In this document: positions 1 to 11,152 of the stretch, in pieces | How positions within the stretch are numbered: position 1 is the first letter of the stretch | How the letters are laid out: each line of letters opens with the position of its first letter | Source: Octopus sinensis | Lineage: Eukaryota | Direction of reading: 5' to 3' | NCBI RefSeq assembly: GCF_006345805.1 | Contig: NC_042997.1 | Location: 61,194,001-61,258,000 of the forward strand | Length of the DNA: 64,000 nucleotides | Made by a program: the position numbers and the translations under genes | Notes under the pieces: generated by a model | Told to the model about the DNA's origin: nothing | Seen by the model: the letters and a program-made list of their open reading frames with translations, nothing else | The model's database searches: none

Positions 1-1090
1 GAATGTTTCTTTTCCACAAGAAGCGGAAGAGAATGCATTCCAGTTTGGTGATAGTAGGGTCGGGACAAGGAACAATGGTCAGGCGGTAGTAGATATGGAT
101 GCCATGTACGCGTTCGCCACCTCCGCTCGACCTTTTAGGGACAGTTTCCTCTCAGCCTATTGCCAAGAGAGAGTGACCACCCTACTCATTATCTTGTCCC
201 AGTTCTTCTCCATTTGGAGGTCTGGACCAAACCAGACCCCGAGCAACTTGACCAGCCTGTCGGTCTAGCATCCCACTACTGAGGTGCTGTTGGATGGTAT
301 GGGCTTGCTTCTCCAGGTGCCAAGCCGCAAGCCCACTGACTTTTCCTGGTTGATTTTTGCTCCTGTCACCACTTTGTAGTCTTTCAGCATCTACCCTGTC
401 TATGATGTAGCACATCAGATGGAGGTTGTCATGGATTCTCCTGCCCGGCACAGCGCATGTTTGTGCCTTGTCGACCAGTTTCTTGATGACAAGAACCAAC
501 CTCTTGGCTAATACCTTGGCCAAAATTTTCAAATTTGCATTGAGCCTATCCTCCTTGTTTGGATCTTTCCTCTGATGGTGTTTTTTATTGTCTTTTGTGT
601 TGGAGGCGGTGTAGGTAGCAAAGTTTTTTTTTCCAGGTTTTGGTAGTGGCGGTTGTTGTTGCTGTTCTCGTTTTTTTTGTAGCAGATGTACAATCGTTTT
701 TAAGATGTGTCTCGCTGTTGCATATATAACAGTGTGGCCGCCTGCCCTCCATCACTACATACAACTTGTGTTCTGATAATTTAATGTAGGTGGGTATTTT
801 ATTGATCAATTGTTGATCAATTTGGAAAAGAATTTCCAGTTTCTTTCCCACCCAGTTTTGCTGTTCTAAAACAGCAATTTCCAATATATTCACTTCCTCC
901 ATTTCGAGGCATATGGCAGATACTATCCATTGCGTCTCTGGAGGCACATTCTTTATGGTCACCTTTGTCATTCTCTGGCCAAGATAACTGGGTGTCATCA
1001 CCAAGTCATCTGAATGAAGAGAGAGTGTCGAAAATTGTTTGGCTAGGCTTTCGTTGTGAAAACGCACTTGAACAGTGGCAAATTTATGTG
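1..1090 (-). mobile_element. Tx1/L1-clade LINE remnant with large internal deletions (ORF1 zinc knuckle joined to pieces of the ORF2 RT)
   Basis: ORF 585-1103 has a CCHC knuckle (CYICNSETHLKNDC). At ~575-385 it reads RKDPNKEDRLNANLKILAKVLAKRL...AQTCAVPGRRIHDNLH (RT domains 1-2a). Another frame at ~380-150 gives YKVVTGAKINQEKSVGLRLGTW...KLLGVWFGPDLQMEKNW (RT 6-7), then RKLSLKGRAEVANAY...LFRFLWK. The endonuclease and RT domains 3-5 are missing. The element runs off the window start. Confidence 0.85.
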
Positions 1091-1425
1091 GTATCTTGAG
1101 CAAATGTCTTCTACTATAGCTCTGGGCTGACTAAAAGCCTTGTAAGTGAATTCAGTTGAAAGTAGATGAAAGTAACTTGTTATATATCTATTTATGTATA
1201 TGTGTGTGTATGTTTGTGTCTTTCCCTTGATGTTGTGTGATAGTTGTAAATGAATGTCACTGTCAATAAAGCAGTGTCCTTTGTTTCCAATATTCTGTGG
1301 GGGAAATATTACCTTGCTTGGAAACAGGTGAGGAGTGATGGCAGGAAGGGCATCTGATCATAGAAAATCTGCCTCAAGAAACTCTATCAAACCCATACAA
1401 GCATGGGGAAGTAGACATTAAAATG
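1091..1425 (+). mobile_element. tRNA-derived SINE, 5'-truncated (head shared with family A, alternative tail B)
   Basis: gcaaatgtcttctactatagc...gccttgtaagtg body and ggggaaatattaccttgcttggaaacagg...gcatggggaagtagacattaaaatga tail, shared with copies at 15100, 50020 and 62165. Confidence 0.75.
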
Positions 1426-2738
1426 ACACACACACAAAGTCAGCATTATTTTACATGTCTTACCATGCTTGCATGGGTTAATGGTTACTTGTATTCATTT
1501 AACTATGCTACCCACCATTCAGATATTGCTTTACAATCATATTTCCTTTATGACATATTTATTTTCTATCCACTTCAACTTCCAAATTATATTTTCATTA
1601 TTCAAATCCCTGACATACTTTTGAAAACATTTTAGATTATTGACTTTCAATTGGTCCTTTTATGGATTGATGACTTTCAGATGTTTTAAACAATGATTTG
1701 CAGATTATAAAAAGTGCTCCTGTAAATAGTGTATGTGTATTTTAGCTCTTACATTTAAATAATTTGAGGTCACAGAAGTATTCAGAAACTACTAACATAA
1801 GCTTGAAGTTGTGTAGTCTTAGTACATAGTACATGTCAAACTTAACATTACCAGATTCAATGGTAGAATGAGCTGGCTATGCTAATAGTCACTTTCAGTA
1901 AATTCCTTGTTCGTATATATAAATAGCCCTCTTGAATTGACAAACATTAAACCAATACTATACTGAGATCAATTCCATTAACTCCATTTATAAAAACTTT
2001 ATTATTATTATGTCTTTTAGTCTATGTTGATTTGACATGCTTCATTGGATTGTTCTGATGGTTAATAGGTAAATGCTATATATTCACACTTAGGTGCTTA
2101 AATTTACAAAAGACATTTGTTTTGCATTGCATTTGTGTGCTGGGGGAAGGGGGAGAAATTAGTTTGTGATTGAATTCAGTTTTACTTTTACCTATTTTCT
2201 ATGTAGAGATTATTCATTAAAATGTGGGTACGTGCTGAAATAAACTATTTCCTGAGGATATGATATATTTCATTCTGTTTAAGTGTTTTTCTTGGGAGTT
2301 TGATTTCTTTTTTTTTATGACTCAATTCTTATATAACTATAGCTGGCACTGCTTTTGTTCCTGACTTTATTATTCACACTGTTATGGCCTATTAATTTTT
2401 ATCAGTAAACGTTTATATTTAGGCATTTGTTTCAATCTGATTGATGTGTTTTGGGTATATCAGTTAGAGTATGCATTTTCTTTTAATAATGATTATATGG
2501 TTATTGTGCTGTCAGTTTACCATGCAGCATTTCTCAGTACTGTTTGCAATCTTACCCTGCAACTTTTTTCATGTTATACTAGTTTGTCTGTTTATAATAT
2601 TTATTTGAAAATGCCCTAGAATTTGCCAATTGGGCTGCAGTTTCTGTGTGCGTAGGCACTGTTGGTCATACAAGCTAGCCAGAATGTTGTTGACTATTTC
2701 ATCAAATTCTCTACGTATTTTCTATTCTGCCGTCATAG

Positions 2739-2795
2739 CCTTTTAAAAGATGTTTCTGGAGCATTAATTTGCAGGAAGCTTACAGAATAAATGAG
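2739..2795 (+). CDS. Candidate isolated coding exon (PFKRCFWSINLQEAYRINE), product unknown
   Basis: ttttctattctgccgtcatAG acceptor, 57-nt open phase-0 exon, GAG|GTGAGA donor. No homology recognised and no partner exons established. Confidence 0.25.
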
Positions 2796-3539
2796 GTGAG
2801 ACAGCAACTAAATATGAAATGCAATCAACTAATGTTATACAAGATAGGTGATTATGTTAAAAAAGATATATAATGAAAATGGATGATATTTGCTGTATCA
2901 GAAAATACTGTGTACTTATGACAGGAAAAATACTTAAGGAAATTAGATGGGGTGGAGAAGTTTTACAAGACTAGATCTCAGGATTCTGAGCCTCATAGGT
3001 GAGATGATATAAAAATTAATTGATGGCAATGTATCTAGCCAACCCATGTCAAGTGTTTTGGGGCAACAGATTGAAGTCCTTTATATTTTTGCTTCTGTAT
3101 AGTTAGTCTCAGGTGGATGCTTTTAATAGTTGGTTTTTTTCTTCTGGAATATTTTACCAAGGAGTGGTTTATTCATCATTATTTCTCTCTACATCACATT
3201 GATTTGTTTTGCTCCTTGTCTTTTATGAGGTGTGTTTCCAGTATTGCCTAATTATCTTCTACCTACGGCTGAACTGTGGCTACATAAATGCTGCTGTTTC
3301 TTTACAAAAGGAGTAATGCTTCTCTGTTTTCAACTTTCTATACTAATTGCAACATTATCATTTATTATTTTTTTGTGTAGTTTTCTGCTAGGCATTCATT
3401 TCAAAGCATTTTGTGGCAGATTTATAATTGGCTTTCGCTTGTATTTAATAACTGTCACTAATATTTTTATTTTTGCATGTTTGTTTTTTGCCTTTTTTTC
3501 TTCAAACTTTTGTAATAAAAGAAAAGATCACAATCAATG

Positions 3540-3560
3540 TTATTATTATTATTATTGTTG

Positions 3561-3613
<53 letters not shown>
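3540..3613. repeat. (ATT)n microsatellite
   Basis: Direct reading; source of the poly-Y and poly-I ORFs in the track. Confidence 0.95.
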
Positions 3614-3618
<5 letters not shown>

Positions 3619-3800
3619 CATTACTTTATTTGTCACAAGGGTGACAGATAAAGAGACATTACAGGAATAAATAACAAAATGGTGGAGGTTTTCATAGAAT
3701 TGAGTTTGAAAAAGCAGATATTAAAACAAAAGTAAAAAAAAAGTTTAAAAGGAAGTTCAATAGGGGACGCAGCTATCTTGAGATAGCTGGAGAACAACCA
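3614..3800 (-). mobile_element. Probable retroelement 3' end (AATAAA followed by (AAT)n tail) with a small perfect stem-loop
   Basis: Minus strand ends ...gacaAATAAAgtaatgacatt(aat)n. Near-palindrome CAGCTATCT-TG-AGATAGCTG at ~3769-3788. Confidence 0.35.
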
Positions 3801-3842
3801 CAAATCTTAGATTACTACTCCTTTGCCTACCACAAAACTCTT

Positions 3843-4947
3843 TTTTTACATTCTGAGTTCAAATCCTGTCATGCTCAACTTAGCTTTCATCCTTTCAGAT
3901 TTGATAAAATAAAGTATCAGTCAAGCACTGAGTAAGCAACTTAAATCAACTTACTGCTTCCCCTCAAAATTGTTGGTTTTGTGCTGGCTTCATTAGCATA
4001 TCGGACACAAATTGCTTAGCAGTGTTTCCTCTGTCTTTTACATTCTGAGTTCACATGCTGCTTAGATCAACTTTGCCTTTCATTGTTTTGGGATTGATAA
4101 AATAAAGTACCAGTCAAATACTGGGTCATTGTAATTGATTTGCTCCCTCTCCTCAAAATTGTTGCCTTGTACCAAAATTTGCAACAATTATTATTATTCA
4201 AGCTGGTAGAATTGTTAGTTATATTCTAAGTTCAAATTCTGCAAAAGTCAACTTCAGCTTTCATCCTTTCAGGGTTGATGAAATAATCACCACTGAGGTC
4301 TATGTAATTGACTAATCTCCTCCCCTAAAATTTCAAGCCTTGTGCTTATAGCAGAAGGGATTATCATTTTTAAGGTGGTCAGCTGGCAGAATTGATAGCA
4401 TGCCTGGCAAAATACTTAACAGCATTTTGTCTGTCTTTATGTTCTGACTTCAGATTCTGCTGAGGTTGACTTTGCCTTTCATCCTTTCAGAGTCAGTAAA
4501 ATAAGTACCAGTTGGGCACTGGGGTTGATATAATTGACTACCCTCTTCCCCCGAACTTGCTGGCCTTGTGCCAACATTTAAAACCGTTATTATTATTATT
4601 ATTATTATGGTTATAAGGTTGACTTTGCCTTTCATCCTTTTGGGGTTGATAAATTAAGTACCAGTGAAACACTGGAGTTGATGTCATTAGCTAGTCTCCT
4701 CCCACAAAATTTCAGGCCTTGTGCCTATAGTAGAAAGGATTATTATTATTAGGGCAGCAAGCTGGCAGAGTTGTGAACTGTGCTTAATGGCATTTTGTCC
4801 GTCTTTGTGTTCTGAGTCACTAAGGTTGACTTCGCCTTTCATCCTTTCGGGGTTGATAAATTAAGTACTAGTGAAACACTAGGGGTTGACGTAATCGGTA
4901 AGTTCCCTCCCACCCATATTTCAGGCCTTGTTCCTATAATAGAAATG

Positions 4948-4994
<47 letters not shown>
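3843..4994 (+). mobile_element. Head-to-tail cluster of ~6 SINE family C copies or fragments separated by (ATT)n tails
   Basis: Repeated ttctgagttcaaat...gactttgcctttcatcctttcggggttgataaa..aagtaccag...cactgggg...ccttgtgcctatagtagaaaggattattatt units at about 3845, 3990, 4200, 4370, 4610 and 4755. Confidence 0.85.
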
Positions 4995-4997
<3 letters not shown>

Positions 4998-5590
4998 ATA
5001 ACAACAGAATTATTTCACTGAGTTTATGTCTGTAGTTTTGAACTTTACAGATGAGATGACACAGGAGAAAGATATAAGCATGCAATTTTTCATAATCATC
5101 CAGTGTATAGTAGCATGAAAGACAGTTTGTTAAAGCAATAATGATGTTATCGGTTGGTTATTACATCAATACAATTATTCAACTCTGTTGTGTTCTTGGA
5201 TAGATATGTCGGAAGTAGTTTATTTTTCTGTTTTAAGCAGATCAAGAACATGCCATTTTTTAGTTGAGAAAATGCTAAGCATTTAAATTAATTAGTAATA
5301 CTAAGTTTGCTTTTTTAAAATATATTATTTGGCATATTATCTATTTTTTTTTTATTTCCTCATTTCACTTATTATTAGTGATTTTTTTTGTAAGAAAATG
5401 CGCTGTCCATTGTTTCAAATATTAATTTATTTTTTTAATGTAAATAAACTGTTTCATTATAATCTGCCCAGATTATGTTTTCTGTATTAATTATAGGTTC
5501 TCACTTCAGTTGTCTTGACTATTTGAATATGTTTTTGTTTCATGGTTCCATGCAGCTACTATAACTTCTGTTTTCTCTCTATATATATGT

Positions 5591-5998
5591 AGGCACAGGC
5601 ATGTCTGTGTAGTTAAGCAGTTTGCTTTGCAACCATGTGGTTTTGGGTTCATTTCCACTGTACAGCACCATAAGCAAATGTCTTCTACTACAGCCCTGGG
5701 TGACCAATCCCTTGTGAGGGAATTTGATGAATGGAAACTTGTGGAAACCCACCACATACATGTGTATATGTGTATCTTTGTGTATGTCTTTGTGTTTATC
5801 CCACAGCACTACTTGATGACTGTTGTTAGTTTGTTTGCTTCCTCGCAAGCTTGGCAGTTTGGCAAAAGAGATAGATAGACTAAGTACTGGACTTAAAAAT
5901 AAGTACAAGGGTCAATCTATTTGATTAAAAAGAATACTTCAAGAGAGTACGCCAGGATGGCTATAATCCTGGGGTACTGAAATAATTCATAGATAAAA
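5591..5998 (+). mobile_element. tRNA-derived SINE family A (diverged)
   Basis: aggcacaggcatgtctgtgtagttaag head, gggttcatttccactg B-box region, gtcttctactacagcc body, ataagtactgg tail; matches the copy at 54554. Confidence 0.8.
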
Positions 5999-6486
5999 GA
6001 CTCAATGGAAATGTTCTATTGTTATACCTGTTTATTGAAGACATATAAATTCTTACTAAGACTTTTGATTTCTAAAGCTTGCATCAATTCCTATGGCACA
6101 TAAACATAAGATATCAGTTATACACTGATATCCTATATATTAGGCAAAAAGTTCTATGGTTGTTGCCAACTCTGCCCACTATACTACTTTGGGTATTTTT
6201 GTATTCTGCTCAGTTGATGATGCCTTGACTACATAAATTTCTAATGCATCATATAATTTTTACCTAACCCTGTAAATATATATACCTGTATATGTTTGGT
6301 CTGTTTGTCAAAAACTCAGTTGATATGTCTAAATATCAAAAATAGTATCCTTTCCTTTGCAGAGCGTAGTCTAGGCCTGTAGACCTCTGGGTTATGGGCT
6401 CAGCATGCTTCCACTGCACAGCTCTTCTCAACAAGTAATTAAGCAGATATAAATTCATACATATATGTGTATATATATATATATAT

Positions 6487-6655
6487 AAACAATTGCAGCA
6501 TGGAAGGTGTTTATAAGCCATTAAAAAAAACCTCTTAGATTCACTTCAACATTTAAATTTAATTTGTCAAAATATTTTTGTCGCTTTCAGACTGTGACCT
6601 GTTCCCTGAAAATATTCTGTGCTGCATCTGAGAAAGTAACATTTAATTCATGATA
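6487..6655 (-). mobile_element. Short hammerhead-bearing element, copy 1 (inverted partner of 7494-7722)
   Basis: Reverse complement aligns over ~170 bp with 7494-7675 (aaacaattgcag..ggaaggtgtttataagccatt...gattcacttcaacatttaaattt...ctgagaaagtaa...ttcatgatat). Confidence 0.85.
6563..6612 (-). ncRNA. Degenerate minimal type I hammerhead-like fold (G3/C8 core)
   Basis: ttttca GGGAACA g gtcac agtctgaaa gcgac AAAA atat tt tgacaaa. The stem II and G12 changes fit CpG transitions; U4 is also substituted. Confidence 0.5.
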
Positions 6656-6670
6656 TATATGTATGTATGT

Positions 6671-6985
6671 GAAGGTGCATGGCTTAGTGGTTAGGGCATT
6701 CAATTCACGATTGTAAGGTTGTGAGTTCAATTTCCGACAATGTGTTGTGTCCTTGAGCAAGACACTTTATATCACGTTGCTCCAATCCACTCAGCTGGCA
6801 AAAATGAGTTGTACCTGTATTTCAAAGGGCCAGCCTTGTCACACTCTGTGTCATGCTGAATCTCCCTGAGAACTACGTTAAGGGTACACATATCTGTGGA
6901 TTGCTCAGACACTTGCATGTTTATGAGCAACCTGTTCCATTGAGTGTAGCAGCTGAGACCCTTTTTGTTATAACTGATGGAGTGC
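6671..6985 (+). mobile_element. tRNA-derived SINE family D (CORE-like body)
   Basis: A-box tggcttagtgg, B-box gagttcaattt, ttgtgtccttgagcaagacactt...gttgctccaatccactcagctg; relatives at 11153, 20039, 33913, 47590 and 59712. Confidence 0.8.
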
Positions 6986-6994
6986 TCCTTTTAA

Positions 6995-7178
6995 ATATGT
7001 ATGTATGTGTGTATGTATGTATGTCTGTCTGTCTGTATGTGCGCATATATGTATGTGTGCATGTAAGTATGTGTGTATGCATTTTGTGTTTGTATGTATG
7101 TATAAGTAGGTTTATATGTGCTTGTATGTATCCATTCACTGTTAGACAGTGGTGAGAGAGACACACACATGTACATAC

Positions 7179-7241
<63 letters not shown>

Positions 7242-7495
7242 ACTTTCGACAGAGTAACAGTCATATATACAGCTTGAACAGACACATATATCAGTACATA
7301 AATATACGTTCAAATGTACATACACATATACACAGACAGATATGCCTACGCACTTACATACCTAAATACTTACATACATACATGTGTATAGGCATGCATG
7401 CATGCATACACATACATTCATGCACATATACATAATGCATGCATGCATACATCATACATACATACATACGTACATACATACATACATACATACAT
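6995..7495. repeat. Compound (TG/TATG)n, (TA)n, (CA)n and (TACA)n microsatellite tract
   Basis: Direct reading. Confidence 0.9.
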
Positions 7496-7722
7496 ATCAT
7501 GAACTAACTATTACTTTCTCAGATACAGCACGGAATTTTGTCAGTGAACAGATCGCAGTCTGAAAGCAACGAAAATATTTTGATAAGTTAAATTTAAATG
7601 TTGAAGTGAATCTAAAGGGCTTTTTTTTTTTTTTTTAATGGCTTATAAACACCTTCCACACTGCAATTGTTTTTGTTTCAGCACACGATCTCAGATCAGG
7701 TCACTTGCTATGCAAGTACATC
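7494..7722 (+). mobile_element. Short hammerhead-bearing element, copy 2
   Basis: Inverted homolog of 6487-6655. Starts at a (TACA)n tract and extends ~45 bp further 3' (gcacacgatctcagatcaggtcacttgctatgcaagtac). Confidence 0.85.
7537..7587 (+). ncRNA. Minimal type I hammerhead-like fold with GUGAACA core
   Basis: tttgtca GTGAACA g atcgc agtctgaaa gcaac GAAA atat tt tgataag. The two-copy consensus gives stem I TTTGTCA/TGACAAA, stem II GTCGC/GCGAC and the palindromic helix III region AAAATATTTT. Confidence 0.6.
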
Positions 7723-8768
7723 ACAGTAATATATATTGGTTAGTTATTCTCTTATTTGTGATGTTGTTTGCTCATTTCATTTGAACCGTAGCATAAGTAA
7801 CACAGGGATTGAACTTATACTTACTAGGTAAATTGCTACACTTAACGATTGAGACTTAATGCTTGTATTTACTATTCTATTATTCTAGAATGAGAACAAT
7901 CAACCTCTGTGGATTTAATAAAGTATTCTGTTTGAAATTCAGAGTATGTTACTGATTGAATGTTATAGGTACTCAAGGAAGCCTGGAAGGTACTATGCTT
8001 AATGTTCTGAGTATAACAAACAAGATGAGGACATTTGTTCAAGTATGTCAATATATAAAAATGATACGTAATTATTCATCTCAGAAATTTAGACAGTAAG
8101 TAAATAAATAAGTAAAAAATAGGTTATATTTATTATAACCTTGTGTATTAATTAATTCCTTAAATAGAGTGTTAACATTTTCACAAGAACATATGATTTA
8201 GAAAGTTTGTTACAAGAAAAATGGTTAGAACTACTTGTATTCATTCACTCTTTACTTCAGTTTTTCACTGAAGTAAAACATTTAATATTTCAAAAATTTT
8301 AACTTAGATGATAGAACTATAGATCTATAACAGAAATATCAGTCACCGAAAAAACTGGCTGGCAAAATATTTAATCTTTCTCTTGCAAGATATAGCATTT
8401 AAACAGAATTAATAGATATGTTAACATATTTGTCATAGCCTAAACATTTTCAATGAAAAACAGCATATTCATTCAATGAGGTATCAGTAAGTTCAATACT
8501 TTCATAACATGTAACTTGGTTTGCATAAGTTTCATCATAATAGGAATATTATATGCAATCACATAAAAAAAAAAAAAAATATGTAAGGGGGAAAAAGAAT
8601 CAAAATTCTATTCACATTTTAATTCAACTTTTTCTGGTTTAGTTTAATTCATTTATCACATAATCTTTGATAAAATATTCAGAAAAAGAAAATAATTTGT
8701 TCTTTTAACTTTTAGAATTGATTTTTAATGTATACATGCATGCATGTATGTATGTATGTATGTATTAT

Positions 8769-8890
8769 TCATGAAGCTATTCTGTTATCTTCATATTGTT
8801 TATATTCATGTTCAGAATTAATTGGGACAAAAACTGTGCAGTATCTTTCAATAAAGTTTTCTACATTACCATATTTGGTGGTGTTCTTAC
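8769..8890 (-). CDS. Candidate terminal coding exon ((G)KNTTKYGNVENFIERYCTVFVPINSEHEYKQYEDNRIAS*), product unknown
   Basis: Very strong acceptor gttttctttttctttttttcCAG, then an open frame of 39 codons to TGA. The exon begins GTAAGA, so the site could instead be a recursive AG|GT site. Confidence 0.35.
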
Positions 8891-10027
8891 CTGGAAAAAA
8901 AGAAAAAGAAAACGTATTAAATATTATGAAATAGACAAAAAAAGCAAAATACAACAAAATTGCATTATATGATGATTTTATGTCTGCTTTTCCATGCTGA
9001 CATAGGTTGGAGGAGTATGACAAATATGTTGTGTAGAAATGGTTAAAAACAACACAAAGAACATGCTGAATACGGTAGTAGTTATAATGCTTACATGAAA
9101 AGATGAGTGTCTTTGACATTTTAGAATGTTAGTCCTTCTCATGAAATAAAAGGAGATGAAAGGAAGAGAGAGAGAGAGATTATCTGTGTATATGAAAAAC
9201 AATAATAATAATACTATACACACAAGGTCTGAAATTTTGCGGATGGAGGCTTCAATTACATTGACCCCAGTGCTTAATTAGTTCTTTTTACATTAATTAA
9301 CTCAGAAGAACAGCAGGCAAAGTTGACCTTAGTGGAATAATAATAATGATAGACACAAGTCTTGAAATTAGGCAAAGTCGATTAGGGCAAACAACACCAC
9401 CAACAAATTGAAATTTAAGATTTGTATTATGAAGACTGCATTTACTGAGGAATGAATGAAGTTAGTTTACAAAGAAGATATTGAATAAATGTGATTTCAA
9501 CACTTTGTAAATGCTAAAGCAAGAATTTGTTTCACAATAAGTAGACAGATAATGTAAACACAGTATAACTTCAACGAGAGTTATTGTAAACATGGTATAT
9601 ATAAGTATCTAAATACCATCTTTGTAGATTGTTTTAAGATCTGTTGTTTACATTCTTGAGTTTTATTTTAAATAACTATCACCACTACAGAAAATAATGC
9701 AAACTCTCAATTGATACTATGCAAAATAGGCTCTTACGAAACTGAGTTCAGTTTAGTTTTAAAAACATTTAAACATTAATTGAATATAAAAACAATACCT
9801 CCACCTTCACTAAGGTGGTGGTAAATATAGCCTTTTCTTCACTTAATTTATTTCTTTAATTGACTTATTAATATTCTTTTAAAGTTATTTGAGAAAATTT
9901 TATTGTTATTAGAATATTTTCATATTGTAGTTTATATATAATTTTATGGTGCTCCAGCATGGCCACAACCTTAGTGCTGAAATGTATAAAAGAATAACAG
10001 AATATATAGGGGAAATGTGGATAAAGA

Positions 10028-10070
10028 GTCACTGAGGAGGTCGCAGGATGTGTGACAAAAGAGCTTTGAC
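10028..10070 (+). ncRNA. Minimal type I hammerhead-like fold, canonical C3-G8 core, G12 lost
   Basis: gtca CTGAGGA g gtcgc aggatgt gtgac AAAA gagc tt tgac. Stem I GTCA/TGAC and stem II GTCGC/GTGAC; cgaaa>caaaa fits CpG decay. Confidence 0.6.
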
Positions 10071-10221
10071 AAAGAAACTAAAATAATGATAATAAAGCTG
10101 AAGTTCAACTATATAGTGCATGTATTTGACAAAATATAACCATCCCCATGTATGACAATATCTGTTTCAACACATGATTTCACATGAAGAATCTTGTAAA
10201 ACAAATACATAAATGTGTGCT

Positions 10222-10430
10222 ATCATCATCATCATCATCATTGTTTCACATCCACTTTCCATGCTGGTATGGGTTGGACAGCTTGACTGAGGACTGGTGA
10301 GCCAGAGGCTGCACCAGGCTCAATCTGATCTGGCAAAGTTTCTACTGCTGGATGCCCTTCCTAATGCCAACCACTCTGAGAGCGTAGTGGGTGCTTTTAC
10401 GTGCCACCGGCACAAGGGCCAGTCTGACAG
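10222..10430 (-). mobile_element. SINE 3' portion with (GAT)n tail
   Basis: (atc)n...tttccatgctggtatgggttggacag...ggatgcccttcctaatgccaacc; relatives at ~21715, 34400 and 47425. Confidence 0.7.
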
Positions 10431-10431
10431 A

Positions 10432-11082
10432 TCTTGTCATCCCATAAGTTCTGTCTGAATTTTGAATAAAGATAACAAGTGATCAAATGTTATATTTAAT
10501 TGAAATTTAATCATCAATGTACTTTCCTCAATTATCTTTGACTTCCTTCCATCTATTTACAAGCTTTTTAGTCCCATCAATGTAAAACTCTTTTGGTTTC
10601 AAAGTGAAGAACTCTGAAATGTCAGTTTTGATCCCCTTCTGGCTTGCGAAAGTTGTTGAAGATGACGATGAACAGTTGTATGGTTTGAACTAAGCTTTAT
10701 TGCCAATTCTTCAACTGATAATGCAGGATTTTCTTCAATTAATGCCTCAAGGAGCTTATCATCAAACTCAACTGGACATCCTGTTTGATCTTCATCTCCA
10801 CTTCTGAATTTTGCAAACCATCTTCTGCAAGTTCTTTCATTCAAGCATTCATTCCCATAAACTAAGTGTATGTTTCTAGTCACTTTGGCTGCTTCCATGC
10901 TAGAAAGGGTTTTAATCAAAGAAATTTTAATTCTATTATTCTGTAAAATAATATTTAATTAGTTTAAATGTACACAAATGCGTATAAACAATTTTTAATT
11001 CCATTAGACATTCTAAAATACTATTAAATTTCATTCAGTTTTAAAAAAGGTAAAATTGGACAGAACTTGTGGGATGATCTGA
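10432..11082 (-). mobile_element. Internally deleted mariner (DD34D-type) transposon
   Basis: TIRs gtcatcccataagttctgtctgaatttt and rc atcatcccacaagttctgtccaatttta, with TA on the right. ORF 10599-10919 encodes the mariner HTH (YGNECLNERTCRRWFAKFRSGD...LIEENPALSVEELA), fused to the C-terminus (KEFYIDGTKKLVNRWKEVKDN). The catalytic domain is deleted. Confidence 0.9.
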
Positions 11083-11152
11083 TATATATATATATTTATA
11101 CACATACATACATATATGTATATATATATATATGTGTGTGTGTGTCTGTGTG

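Noticed and set aside
3232-3670. 127-aa and 65-aa ORFs with poly-Tyr and poly-Ile runs
   Set aside because: They are translations of the (ATT)n microsatellite.
6853-7435. Several ~100-130-aa ORFs (also at 37949-38325, 44340-44835, 53126-53515 and 62003-62268)
   Set aside because: Stop-free dinucleotide repeats (YI/CV/HT runs), not genes.
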